64,000 bases of DNA from a virus. A program made the translations under genes and the position numbers. Under the pieces are notes generated by a model. That model saw only the letters and a list, made by a program, of their open reading frames with translations. It was not told where the DNA came from and made no database searches. Shown in pieces: positions 18,347 through 27,763 of the stretch. Positions within the stretch are counted from its first letter, which is position 1. The number at the start of each line of letters is the position of its first letter. The stretch lies in IMG/VR virus record IMGVR_UViG_3300028831_000229, positions 1 through 64,000 of that record, one strand, 5' to 3'.

Positions 18347-19657
18347 ATGCCAGCGACCTCGTCAATGAAGCTGAGCACGACGGGCTACGACTCGACGTTC
18401 CAGCGCAAGATGATCCGCGTCCTGTTCCAAGACCAGGACTTCGTTACCACCACCGCAGCGCATCTGAAGCACGACGTCTTCGACTCGCCCGCCCATCGCT
18501 GGTTGGCGCGCACGATGATCGGCTTCGCCGGCAAGCACGGCCACGGCATCAGCGCAGACGGCTTGAAGCTCGAACGCGATCGAGCCGTCAAGATGAAGAC
18601 GCTCAAGCTCGACCACGCGCAGAAGGTCGACTCGCTGGTCAAGAGCATCGATCGCCCGGTGCCTGACCGCTCCTTCATCAAGGAGGAGCTGTTCCGCTTC
18701 ATCAAGCACCAGGCCATCAACCAGGCGATGCGTAGCTCGCTCGATCACCTCGATCGTCTCGACTTCGAGGCCATCGACCAGGAGTGGGCGCGCGTGCTCG
18801 AGGTCAAGCAGGAGCTTGACGGCGGTCTCGGTCACAGCTTCGTCACCGGCGTAGATGAGCGCACGAAGCGCCGACGCAAGTACGAGAAGAACGGCGTCAG
18901 CAGCGGGACGCAGCTCGACGAGCACATGAAGCCTGGCGGCCTTCCGCCGAAGGCGCTCGGTGTCGTGCTCGCGCCGTCTGGCAAGGGCAAGTCGCACTGC
19001 CTCGTGCACATCGGAGCGAGCGCGATCCTGGAGAGCAACGCGAAGGTTCTCCACATCACGACCGAGCTGAGCGAGGAGATGATCAGCGACCGCTACGACG
19101 CACGGCTCGCCAACATCCCGGTGCAGCGCTTGGAAGAGAAGCGCAAGACGGTGCGCGCCAAGGTTCTCGAGTTGGGCAAGCAGTACGGCGACTTCCTCCG
19201 CATAAAAGAGTTCGCGCCAGCCACGCTCACCGCACGCTCGCTCCGCGCGTTCGTCCGGCAGTTGGAGCGGATCGCGTTCTACCCGACGCTCATCATCATC
19301 GACTCGGCTGACGACATGATCCCGCTGTACGCGTCGCGTGACCACAACGCGTACGACGACTACGGCATGGTGTACCGCGAGCTGCGTGGTCTCGCGTTCG
19401 AGTTGAACATCCCCATCTGGACGGCATCGCAGACCAACAAGGACGCGCTCAACAAGGAGTTCGTCGACTGGAACGCGGTGGCTGACAGCTCGAAGAAGGT
19501 GATGGTCGCGGATGCGGTCGTGATCCTCTTGCAGACGCTCGCGGAGAAGAAGCAGAAAGCCGCCCGGCTCTTCTTCGCGAAGAACAGATTCGGCGGTGAC
19601 AAGTTCGACGTCAAGGTCAGGCTCGACTGGAGCCGTTCAACCATCAGGAGAAGCTGA
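18347..19657 (+). CDS. Replicative DnaB-like helicase
   Basis: Walker A APSGKGKS, TTELSE, IIIDSAD, PIWTASQTN, AKNRFG. Confidence 0.92.
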   Translation: MPATSSMKLSTTGYDSTFQRKMIRVLFQDQDFVTTTAAHLKHDVFDSPAHRWLARTMIGFAGKHGHGISADGLKLERDRAVKMKTLKLDHAQKVDSLVKSIDRPVPDRSFIKEELFRFIKHQAINQAMRSSLDHLDRLDFEAIDQEWARVLEVKQELDGGLGHSFVTGVDERTKRRRKYEKNGVSSGTQLDEHMKPGGLPPKALGVVLAPSGKGKSHCLVHIGASAILESNAKVLHITTELSEEMISDRYDARLANIPVQRLEEKRKTVRAKVLELGKQYGDFLRIKEFAPATLTARSLRAFVRQLERIAFYPTLIIIDSADDMIPLYASRDHNAYDDYGMVYRELRGLAFELNIPIWTASQTNKDALNKEFVDWNAVADSSKKVMVADAVVILLQTLAEKKQKAARLFFAKNRFGGDKFDVKVRLDWSRSTIRRS

Positions 19658-19658
19658 G

Positions 19659-21971
19659 ATGGAAACGATCGCTGTGCCACGCACCACCACCAACGGTGAC
19701 ACCACCAAGGTCACCGAACCGAACATCAACGAGAACGCGTACAAGGTGCTCAAGGCGCGTTACTTCATCAAGAACGAGCAAGGCGAGGTCGTCGAGACGC
19801 CCAGCCAGCTCATGCACCGTGTGAGCTACGCGATCGCCGAATCGGAAGCGACCGAGCAGGACCGCGGCGTCTACGGCGCGCTCTTCAAGCAGATGCTGAG
19901 CAAGCTCGACTTCCTGCCGAACACGCCGTGCCTCGTCAACGCCGGTCGTCCGGGAGGCACCGGTCAGTACAGCGCGTGCTTCGTCATCCCGGTACCGGAC
20001 TCCATGGAAGGCATCTTCGAGGCCGTCAAGCAGATGGCGCTCGTGCACAAGACCGGTGGCGGCACCGGCTTCAGCTTCAGCCGGCTGCGTCGCAAGGGTG
20101 CGATGGTCAAGACGACGAGTGGCATCGCGAGTGGACCGATCTCGTTCATGGCGCCGTTCAACGCCACCACCGAGACGACGAAGCAAGGCGGCGTTCGGCG
20201 CGGCGCGAACATGGGCATCCTGCGCGTCGACCATCCAGACATCATGGAGTTCATCCGCCTCAAGGCGAATGACGTCAACGCGCTCCAGAACTTCAACGTC
20301 AGCGTCGCCATCACCACGCGCTTCATGGAAGCGCTGGAGCGTGACGAGACCTACGACCTCGTCGACCCGACCACGAAGGAGGTGGTCGGCCAGCTGAGCG
20401 CCAAGGAGGTCATGAACGAGATCGTGCGCTGCGCGTGGACCATCGGTGACCCGGGTCTCTTCTTCATCGACCGCGCGAACGAGCTGGATCCGCTCACCGA
20501 GGTGCTCGGTGAGATCGAGGCGACGAATCCGTGTGGCGAGGTGCCGCTGCGCGCGCACGACGCCTGCACGCTCGGCAGCATCAACCTCTCCAACTTCTTC
20601 GAGCCTGAAGTGGTCACGGGTGATGGTCATGACCACAAGCGCAAGGCCGGCATCAACTACGAGCGTCTGCGCAAGACGGTCAAGCTCGCGGTGCGCTTCC
20701 TCGACAACGTGCTCACGGCGAACAGGTATCCCGTCAAGGAGATCCACGAGGTCACCGCTGCCAGTCGGAAGATCGGTCTCGGCGTGATGGGTTGGGCCGA
20801 GCTGCTCATCAAGCTGGAGCTGCCGTACGCAAGCCAGGAAGCGTACGACCTCGCGTCCTCGCTCATGTCCTTCATCTCGAGAGAGGCGATCGCCGCGAGC
20901 GAAGAACTGGCGACGGAGCGTGGCCCGTTCCCGGCGTTCGCAAAGTCGAAGCATCGCAGCGGTAGGCCACGGCGCAACTCCACGTGCACCGTCATCGCGC
21001 CGACCGGCACCATCTCCATCATCGCTGGCTGTTCGTCCGGCATCGAGCCGCTCTACGCGCTTGGCATGACGCGGCAGCAAGCCGGCATGGAGATGGTCGA
21101 GATCAACCCGTTGCTGGAGGTCGTGGCGAAGAAGCACGGCTTCTGGTCGGACGAGCTGGCTGCGCACGTCGCCAAGACCGGCTCCGTGCAGCAAGCGCCC
21201 GGCGTCCCGGAGCGCTGGAAGCAGATTTTGATGATCGCGAACGAAATCCCTGTGGAAGCGCACATCGCTCACCAGGCCGCGTTTCAGAGGTACGTGGAAG
21301 ACGGCGTGAGCAAGACGATCAACATGCGGCGCGAGGCCACGCAAGACGACGTCCGCGCGGCATACATGCTCGCGTACAGCTCAGGCTGCAAGGGCATCAC
21401 CGTCTACCGTGACGGCTCGCGTGACGGCCAGGTGCTGACGACCGGCACGCAGCAAGCACAGCCGGTGTCTTCGATGGTCAGCGCACCGCTGCACCCGCGA
21501 CGGGTCATTCCGAAGGACGGCTACCGCACCGGCGTGACCATCACCAGGCCGACAGCCTACGGCTCGATCCACGTCACCGTGAACGAGCACCCGGATGACG
21601 GTGAGCCATTCGAGGTCTTCGTGCGGATCGGCAAGGGTGGCAGCGAGGTGAACGCCTGGACGGAAGCCTTCGGTCGCTCGGCGAGCTACCTGTTCTCGCT
21701 GCCGTCACCGACTACGCCGACCGAGCGCGTGGAGATGCTCATCGACCAGCTATCCGGCATCGGTGGCGGCGAGAGCATCGGGCTCGGACCGGATCGCATC
21801 AGCTCCGCTGCGGACGCCATCGCGAACGTGCTGCGTGCCTACCTCACGCGTCGCAACATCAACCACGTCTCAGCGGTGCGCTTCGACTTCTGCCCGCAGT
21901 GTCACCAGGCCACGCTGTCGTTCGAGCAGAAGTGCGGTCTCTGCAAGAACTGCGGCTACAGCAAGTGCTAG
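19659..21971 (+). CDS. nrdJ: Class II adenosylcobalamin-dependent ribonucleotide reductase
   Basis: PNTP, SACFV, GGGTG, RRGANM, TNPCGE, APTGTISI, SKTIN, KGITVYRDGSR; C-terminal Zn ribbon ending CGYSKC; no beta subunit adjacent. Confidence 0.9.
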   Translation: METIAVPRTTTNGDTTKVTEPNINENAYKVLKARYFIKNEQGEVVETPSQLMHRVSYAIAESEATEQDRGVYGALFKQMLSKLDFLPNTPCLVNAGRPGGTGQYSACFVIPVPDSMEGIFEAVKQMALVHKTGGGTGFSFSRLRRKGAMVKTTSGIASGPISFMAPFNATTETTKQGGVRRGANMGILRVDHPDIMEFIRLKANDVNALQNFNVSVAITTRFMEALERDETYDLVDPTTKEVVGQLSAKEVMNEIVRCAWTIGDPGLFFIDRANELDPLTEVLGEIEATNPCGEVPLRAHDACTLGSINLSNFFEPEVVTGDGHDHKRKAGINYERLRKTVKLAVRFLDNVLTANRYPVKEIHEVTAASRKIGLGVMGWAELLIKLELPYASQEAYDLASSLMSFISREAIAASEELATERGPFPAFAKSKHRSGRPRRNSTCTVIAPTGTISIIAGCSSGIEPLYALGMTRQQAGMEMVEINPLLEVVAKKHGFWSDELAAHVAKTGSVQQAPGVPERWKQILMIANEIPVEAHIAHQAAFQRYVEDGVSKTINMRREATQDDVRAAYMLAYSSGCKGITVYRDGSRDGQVLTTGTQQAQPVSSMVSAPLHPRRVIPKDGYRTGVTITRPTAYGSIHVTVNEHPDDGEPFEVFVRIGKGGSEVNAWTEAFGRSASYLFSLPSPTTPTERVEMLIDQLSGIGGGESIGLGPDRISSAADAIANVLRAYLTRRNINHVSAVRFDFCPQCHQATLSFEQKCGLCKNCGYSKC

Positions 21972-22002
21972 GAGCCGCCACGGCGGTCAAGGAGAAGAGG
22001 AG

Positions 22003-23046
22003 ATGCCGGTCAACTTCCATGCGCTGAATCGAGCCTTCGATCTCGAGGGCTACCTCAAGCAGTACGACACGGACGCGAAGCACTACGGCGCGAACATCGC
22101 CGTCCGCGATCCGGTGTGCGGCAAGGACCACAAGCTCTGGGTGCTCATCTCGGACAAGCAGGACGGCACCAAGGCCGGAGCGTGGATCTGCTACTACTGC
22201 AACGAGAGCGGCATGACGCCGCTCCAGCTTGTGCAACGCGTGGAGGACTGCAACCTCTTCCACGCGATCGAGGTGATGACCCAGCACCAGGTCGGCAATC
22301 GACCTGTAGCTGACCTGCGTGCGCTCGTCATCAACACGCTGGACGGCGTGAGCGACGTGGAAGAGTGGGACGACAAGCCAGTCACGCCGGTGCCGCTACC
22401 GCTGGAGATGGTCAAGGCCGGCATTCGGAATCTGCCACCGTACTTCAAGCAGCGCGGCATCTACCTCAAGCGGGCGCTGCGACACGATCTCGGATGGTGC
22501 GAGGACGGCTACTTCGCCAATCGGATGATCGTGCCGGTGTTCGACCACGAAGACCGCCAGGTGTTTTTCGTGGCGCGCTACATGAAGCCCAAGCCACCGA
22601 AGGGCGTCAAGAAAACGCTCTATCCGAAGGGGTGTCATCCGAACCGCGTGCTCTTCAACTACTCGCGCGCGAAGCGCGAGGATCGCATCATCATCGTGGA
22701 GGATGTCTTCTCTGCGATGGCCATCGGCAAGGAAGCGGTGGCGTCGTTCGGGACGTCGTTCTCCCAGTACCAGTTGGATCTGCTGCTGCGCACCGCAGCC
22801 AGCGAGATCGTCATCATCTGGGACCTCGATGCCGGTGCCAAGAAGGGGCAGAGCGGCTACGAGAAGGCGCAGAAGCTGGCGTTGCGGCTGTCCGAGTTCT
22901 GGACGGTGCGCGTGGTGAAGCTGCCGGACGAACGCGATCCGGACGAGATACCACGCGAAGAGCTGGAGGAGCTGATCGCTGGGAGCGAGCCGCTTGACCA
23001 GCGTGCAGCGTTCAAGAGCTACGTGCTCTCGAGGCTGGCGCCGTGA
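22003..23046 (+). CDS. DNA primase (DnaG-like, Zn-binding plus TOPRIM)
   Basis: DPVC..H..CYYC; NRMIVPVFD; IIIVEDVFSA; WDLD; DPDE. Confidence 0.88.
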   Translation: MPVNFHALNRAFDLEGYLKQYDTDAKHYGANIAVRDPVCGKDHKLWVLISDKQDGTKAGAWICYYCNESGMTPLQLVQRVEDCNLFHAIEVMTQHQVGNRPVADLRALVINTLDGVSDVEEWDDKPVTPVPLPLEMVKAGIRNLPPYFKQRGIYLKRALRHDLGWCEDGYFANRMIVPVFDHEDRQVFFVARYMKPKPPKGVKKTLYPKGCHPNRVLFNYSRAKREDRIIIVEDVFSAMAIGKEAVASFGTSFSQYQLDLLLRTAASEIVIIWDLDAGAKKGQSGYEKAQKLALRLSEFWTVRVVKLPDERDPDEIPREELEELIAGSEPLDQRAAFKSYVLSRLAP

Positions 23047-23261
23047 GGCATGCTGGCATGCCAGGAAGGCCAGGAAACCAGGTTTTGCAGGCATTCACAG
23101 CAGGCAGCCTTGTAAGTATGCGAAATCACACAGGTTCTGGCATCCTCGTCGAGTAAACGGCGCGCTCTGTCTAGGTGCAGGCAAAGGAGGCGGCGAGCAG
23201 CGGCGGCATGCTCGCAGCCTGAAAACGCAAAGACCGCCAGCCAAGTCGGAGGCTCACGCCC

Positions 23262-23342
23262 ATGAAGACTACGAAGACCTGGATCGTTCAGCACATCATC
23301 CATCAGATCCGCACCGCCAAGGCACAGGCGGTGCAGTCGTGA
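23262..23342 (+). CDS. 26-aa small ORF (MKTTKTWIVQHIIHQIRTAKAQAVQS)
   Basis: GGAGG RBS; stop overlaps next GTG. Confidence 0.4.
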   Translation: MKTTKTWIVQHIIHQIRTAKAQAVQS

Positions 23343-23545
23343 CGCGCGTCGGCTTCATCCTGAAGTGGTCCGGCAGCGAGTTCTACTTCTCGCACATGCT
23401 ACGGGACGAGCTGACCATGTCGCTGGAGATGAGCCACGCGTGGTTCACGGAAGAGGAGTCCGTGGCGAAAGGCATGGCCGCTCAGCTCAAGCAAGCAACG
23501 CGCAGCGACTTTGAAGTCGTGCCCTACGTTCACGAGGTGCAGTGA
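23339..23545 (+). CDS. Hypothetical protein
   Basis: GTGA coupling; phage-like codon usage. Confidence 0.5.
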   Translation: MTRVGFILKWSGSEFYFSHMLRDELTMSLEMSHAWFTEEESVAKGMAAQLKQATRSDFEVVPYVHEVQ

Positions 23546-23739
23546 TGTCCAAGCGCATCGAGTCGTTGATCGCGATGAACCTCAAGCTGACCGCTGCGGT
23601 CAAGCAGTCGGATCTCATGCTGGCAGCTGCGCAAGCTGCCGGCTTCGACCCGACCAGCGTGCTGGCGCTCGAGTCCGCCAACGCGGCACTCCGCCAGCTC
23701 ACGCGCGAAGCCATCGCGCTCCGTGATGAGGTGCCGTGA
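23545..23739 (+). CDS. Hypothetical protein
   Basis: TGATG coupling, GAGG RBS. Confidence 0.5.
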   Translation: MSKRIESLIAMNLKLTAAVKQSDLMLAAAQAAGFDPTSVLALESANAALRQLTREAIALRDEVP

Positions 23740-23915
23740 TGCCGAAGCCGCCACCTCTTCCAACGCTGTACCCAGACAGCGGTGACGGCGATCGCGACAT
23801 CACGGATGACGTCAACAGCCTCATCCTCAACCAGTGGATCGTCGTGTGGGCTCGCCCCACGAAGCCGATGGATCCTGACGTCTTGGAGAAACTGCTCGCA
23901 GAGTGCAGGAGATGA
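23739..23915 (+). CDS. Hypothetical protein, 58 aa (MPKPPPLPTLYPD...)
   Basis: TGATG coupling; translated by hand. Confidence 0.45.
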   Translation: MPKPPPLPTLYPDSGDGDRDITDDVNSLILNQWIVVWARPTKPMDPDVLEKLLAECRR

Positions 23916-24271
23916 ACATGTCACGCACGCAACACGCCAGGAAGCCGAAGACCGAACGCCGCGTCAACCGCCCGTCCTTGTACGAGGCGCACACCGGCAC
24001 GCTCGGCACGATCGCCAAGGAGTCGAAGACCGCATCCGAGTTCGCGCGCCGCGCTGAAGCGTGGAACGCGAGCAATGCCCGCCAGCTCAGCGATCGTGAG
24101 TTGGTCGACGCTTACATGCCGGCCTACCAGCGCGCCACCGATCTGCACCACCGTGCAGCGTTGCGCAACCTGGAGCAGCTGGTTCGTATGGCTCGCGAGA
24201 CGCGCCTCGCGTCTCGTCACAAACTGTGGAACAAGCTCGCGAACGACGTCGACAATGGGGTCGAGTCGTAA
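23912..24271 (+). CDS. Hypothetical protein
   Basis: ATGA coupling, AGGAG RBS. Confidence 0.5.
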   Translation: MNMSRTQHARKPKTERRVNRPSLYEAHTGTLGTIAKESKTASEFARRAEAWNASNARQLSDRELVDAYMPAYQRATDLHHRAALRNLEQLVRMARETRLASRHKLWNKLANDVDNGVES

Positions 24272-24316
24272 CCGCGAGTTGTTGAACTAGCAGAGAAGAA
24301 AGACAGGAGAACCGTT

Positions 24317-25159
24317 ATGACGATTGCACTTTCCCCGTTCACGATGCCCGCCGCTCTCGCTGCCGCTGATCAGATCCTCGGCCCCAACACGGTCTGGTCC
24401 GGTAACCCGGACAACGAGGAGCAGACCGAATGGCTCAAGACGTTCCGCGACCGCGCGCGCAGCGCTCGCTTCATGCCGGAGATCAAGAGCAACGCCACGA
24501 ACGACGTGAGCCAGCATGTCAGCTGGCTCATGGAGCAGGGGTGGCACGCGCAGATCACGCAGGGTCAGCCGAACGACCTGTTCCTCGCCAGCACGCTCGA
24601 CATCGCGGCGAAGTGGCAGACGGCCGGCAAGCCGACCGTGGAGCAGGGCATCGATCGCGTCTACATGAAGAAGGGAGGACACGCCAGCACGACGCGAACG
24701 AACGCGCACCCGGTGGTGGAGGTGAAGACGCAGATCGATGGCGTCAGCTTCTTCTTCCAGCAGGTCGACGTCGCGCCGGAGACGCGCAGTGACCTGATGC
24801 ATCGTGCGATGCGCATGGTGAACGACGAGGTCTACGAGGAGGTGAACTTCGACTTCCCGATGGTCGACACGCTCGCTCGCAGCGATGCCGAGTACATGCT
24901 CGGTCTGCGCAGCGGCCAGAACGTTGTGACCCAGGCCGCCGAGCAGTATAGGCTCCAGATGAACCACATCGGCGGTCGCGCTCGCGCGGCTGCGGAGGTG
25001 GCTGTGTCCAGGGGCTTCAGCATGGACGAGACGCGGACGGTCAAGATCACCGGACCATTCGTCGTGGTGGTGAGCTACGCGACCTCGGCCACGCCGGTTG
25101 CGTTCGCGATGTACTGCGACCGCAGCACGTGGAAGAAGCCGGCCGACAACTTCATCTAG
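24317..25159 (+). CDS. Serpin-like protein (compact, divergent)
   Basis: Serpin-like segments in the correct order: SPFTMPAALA, FLASTLDIAAKW, VNFDFPMV, QMNHIGGRARAAAEV (hinge), VKITGPFVVVV. Confidence 0.65.
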   Translation: MTIALSPFTMPAALAAADQILGPNTVWSGNPDNEEQTEWLKTFRDRARSARFMPEIKSNATNDVSQHVSWLMEQGWHAQITQGQPNDLFLASTLDIAAKWQTAGKPTVEQGIDRVYMKKGGHASTTRTNAHPVVEVKTQIDGVSFFFQQVDVAPETRSDLMHRAMRMVNDEVYEEVNFDFPMVDTLARSDAEYMLGLRSGQNVVTQAAEQYRLQMNHIGGRARAAAEVAVSRGFSMDETRTVKITGPFVVVVSYATSATPVAFAMYCDRSTWKKPADNFI

Positions 25160-25256
25160 TCGGCGCACGCTCGAAGACTGAATAGCGCTGCAAAGGGGTA
25201 GGTTGTGTTGTAGCGCTGCTCGGTCAGTCGACCGTCAACAACAAGGAGTCGGAATC

Positions 25257-25460
25257 GTGAAGACCCAGAAGCAACCCATCAATCTGCTCAACGAGTCACA
25301 GTGGACGAGCGAGCTGGCACGGCTCCAGGAGCGCATGGAGCGCATCGTCGCTCTCAGGCGCGGCCAGGCTGAAGCCGTCGTCATCAACGTCCGCGCCTAC
25401 CGTGTGCCGGCGCGTTTCGTCCCGGCCAGCAAGCGCACCATCATCCGCTACAAGAAGTAG
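25257..25460 (+). CDS. Hypothetical protein
   Basis: AAGGAG RBS before GTG 25257. Confidence 0.5.
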   Translation: MKTQKQPINLLNESQWTSELARLQERMERIVALRRGQAEAVVINVRAYRVPARFVPASKRTIIRYKK

Positions 25461-25470
25461 GAGGCTCGCC

Positions 25471-25590
25471 ATGACGCCTGAAGAACTACGCCGTGAGTTC
25501 AACTACCAGCGCTCGACCTTCAACAACCCGTGGGTGGTGATCGTGCTCATCATCGCGGCTGCCATCGTGCTCGGAACGTGGGGCGTGTGA
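25471..25590 (+). CDS. Small membrane protein
   Basis: AGGAGG RBS; TM segment WVVIVLIIAAAIVLGTW. Confidence 0.55.
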   Translation: MTPEELRREFNYQRSTFNNPWVVIVLIIAAAIVLGTWGV

Positions 25591-26219
25591 TGGCGCACCA
25601 CTCGATGTGCGATGGCAACGACTGCGACGTCTACGGCTGCAAGCGACCGCGAGCATCGAAGACGCGCTCGCGTACCTTCGACCGCATGCGCGGGCAGATC
25701 GCGAGCGCCTACCTGCACGCAGTCAAGACACACGAACCGATCACCGTCACCTTCAAGCGCTGCCTGGATGCGATCGACGAAGTCGACGTGACCGCGACGC
25801 AGCGCAAGACGTTGCAAGACGCGCTCTGGGCGACCCGTGAGTTCGTGGTGGCAGAGCACGCGCGCTGGCAGCTCTACATCAAGACACCGGATGACACGGA
25901 CGGTCTACCGATCGCACGTAACTGGGCATCGCGGCGAAATGTCACACACTACAGAGGCGTCTGCTGGACACCACTGACCAGTGACGAAATCAGCGCGCTA
26001 CGCGAAGCCGGTGACGAACACGTCTGGTCGCGTGTGCACGGTCGCATGGAGTGGCGCGACTCGCAAAAGCCGTTCTATGAGGACGAACCTCCGCAGCCGC
26101 TTTCTACCCCACAGGCCGCACCAAAGAACGGTGAGCGTCCGTGCACCAACTGCGGCGCCACTCTTGGCTACGAAACCGCAACCGATCGCTATGAGCGCTG
26201 CCGCAGCTGCGGCGCGTAG
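25590..26219 (+). CDS. Hypothetical protein with Cys motifs (C-terminal CxxC..CxxC)
   Basis: TGATG coupling; CTNC and CRSC. Confidence 0.5.
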   Translation: MAHHSMCDGNDCDVYGCKRPRASKTRSRTFDRMRGQIASAYLHAVKTHEPITVTFKRCLDAIDEVDVTATQRKTLQDALWATREFVVAEHARWQLYIKTPDDTDGLPIARNWASRRNVTHYRGVCWTPLTSDEISALREAGDEHVWSRVHGRMEWRDSQKPFYEDEPPQPLSTPQAAPKNGERPCTNCGATLGYETATDRYERCRSCGA

Positions 26220-26229
26220 GAGAACTCAC

Positions 26230-26592
26230 ATGACAACAACACCAACCCACGTCTTCCTCCACATCGAAGACGACCCGTCTGTTCAGGCAATGATGAAGCG
26301 CTTCTTCCAGCGCAAGTACCCGAACGCGATCGCCTTCACGACCGACACGGTCATGGATGCCATCGCGTTCTTCAAGAGCGTGCAGACCGATCTGGTGGTC
26401 TGCGACTTCAACCTAAAAGACGGCCACGGTGACGAGGTGCTGGCCTGGCTTCAGATTCACCAGCCCGCGCTGGTCGATCGCTTCGTCTTCTTGTCGGACG
26501 ACGAGCGCATCAAGACGCACAAGCACTGGATCGAGAAGCCGGCTGACATTCACGTCATCACAGCGAAGCTCGCGGAAGTCCTGAAGCCGTGA
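26230..26592 (+). CDS. Stand-alone response-regulator receiver (CheY-like) domain
   Basis: HIEDD, DLVVCDFNLKDGHG (phosphoacceptor Asp), FVFLS, IEKP; AGGAG RBS. Confidence 0.85.
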   Translation: MTTTPTHVFLHIEDDPSVQAMMKRFFQRKYPNAIAFTTDTVMDAIAFFKSVQTDLVVCDFNLKDGHGDEVLAWLQIHQPALVDRFVFLSDDERIKTHKHWIEKPADIHVITAKLAEVLKP

Positions 26593-27125
26593 GCACCATC
26601 TACAAGCACGCCTCCAACTGCCCCTGCACTGACTGCACCAACAACTACGAGGACAACATGACCACCACCGATACGAAGAGCGACGCTCGGATCATCAACC
26701 CGCAGAACTGGACCCAGGCCGCGGAGAAGTGCGTCCACGGACTGCCGGAGTTCGAGCAGGCAGACACGATTCGCAAGACCACGATCGCGGCGCTCAAGAA
26801 GACCGGCCAGGAGAGCACGTACCAGGTCAAGGTCCGCAAGTACCCGCTGCGGGCTAAGCCCGGCGTCAAGCAGACGTTCAGCGTGCTCGTCTTCAAGCGC
26901 CTCAAGTTCCACGAGAAGACCACCACGCCGAGCACTGACAGCTACGTGATCGACATGTCGAAGAACAACGAGCTTGTCACGCCCAAGCGCCCGCCGATCG
27001 CTGGCATCGTGGAGCCGCAGGACATCGATCCGAGCAACCTCACCGCGACGCACCACCTGAAGGACAAGAAGCGCGACCGCCGTCACCACGGCGGCAAGAA
27101 GACGAAGCGTGGGAGCGCTTCGTGA
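26589..27125 (+). CDS. Hypothetical protein
   Basis: GTGA coupling; basic C-terminus. Confidence 0.5.
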   Translation: MSTIYKHASNCPCTDCTNNYEDNMTTTDTKSDARIINPQNWTQAAEKCVHGLPEFEQADTIRKTTIAALKKTGQESTYQVKVRKYPLRAKPGVKQTFSVLVFKRLKFHEKTTTPSTDSYVIDMSKNNELVTPKRPPIAGIVEPQDIDPSNLTATHHLKDKKRDRRHHGGKKTKRGSAS

Positions 27126-27436
27126 CGTACGCGCAAGCGCACCAGAAGATCATCGACTGGCTGGCGGCTCGTGGCTGGACGCTCAGTGACTCGAAGCTGA
27201 AGATTCGGCACGCTACGTCGCCTGACGGGACGGTGCGCCTCTGGTTCAAACCGCAGGCGATCCACTTCACGGTCTTCGCCGACACCAAGCACGTGTTCGG
27301 CAACGCACGCCGAGCGATGAGCATCACGTGGGACGAACGTGGCGACGTCGCCGCTAACGTTGACCGTGCTTGCGAAGCGCTATTGCTGTGGGTGATCGGC
27401 AAGCACTGGCGCGACCACACCAAGGAGTCAACGTAA
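27122..27436 (+). CDS. Hypothetical protein
   Basis: GTGA coupling. Confidence 0.55.
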   Translation: MTYAQAHQKIIDWLAARGWTLSDSKLKIRHATSPDGTVRLWFKPQAIHFTVFADTKHVFGNARRAMSITWDERGDVAANVDRACEALLLWVIGKHWRDHTKEST

Positions 27437-27759
27437 TGCTTCGCATACTTGTGTTCTTCATGATCCTGCTGTCAGCAGCTTGCGGCGACAACCGCATCCC
27501 GTCGTGGGAAGCGTGTGACGAGCAAGCTGATGCCTGGTGCGAGGCGGTCGGCTACGCGCACACCGGCTGCGAGATCGTCTACCGGCACTGGTGCTACCCC
27601 GGCAACAGCGCCGTGACGTTCGACTCCGGCGACCAGGCTGACTGCATGGAAGCGATCGCTGACCTCACAACGAAACCAGAGCCCGTGTTCGGCTACTCTA
27701 ATCCGACAGCGTGCACGAGGCTCTGGGCTAACCCGCCACCCGGCGTAGAAAGGAGATGA
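27436..27759 (+). CDS. Cys-rich lipoprotein
   Basis: Signal peptide with lipobox LLSAAC then GDN; six further Cys. Confidence 0.7.
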   Translation: MLRILVFFMILLSAACGDNRIPSWEACDEQADAWCEAVGYAHTGCEIVYRHWCYPGNSAVTFDSGDQADCMEAIADLTTKPEPVFGYSNPTACTRLWANPPPGVERR

Positions 27760-27763
27760 AGAC

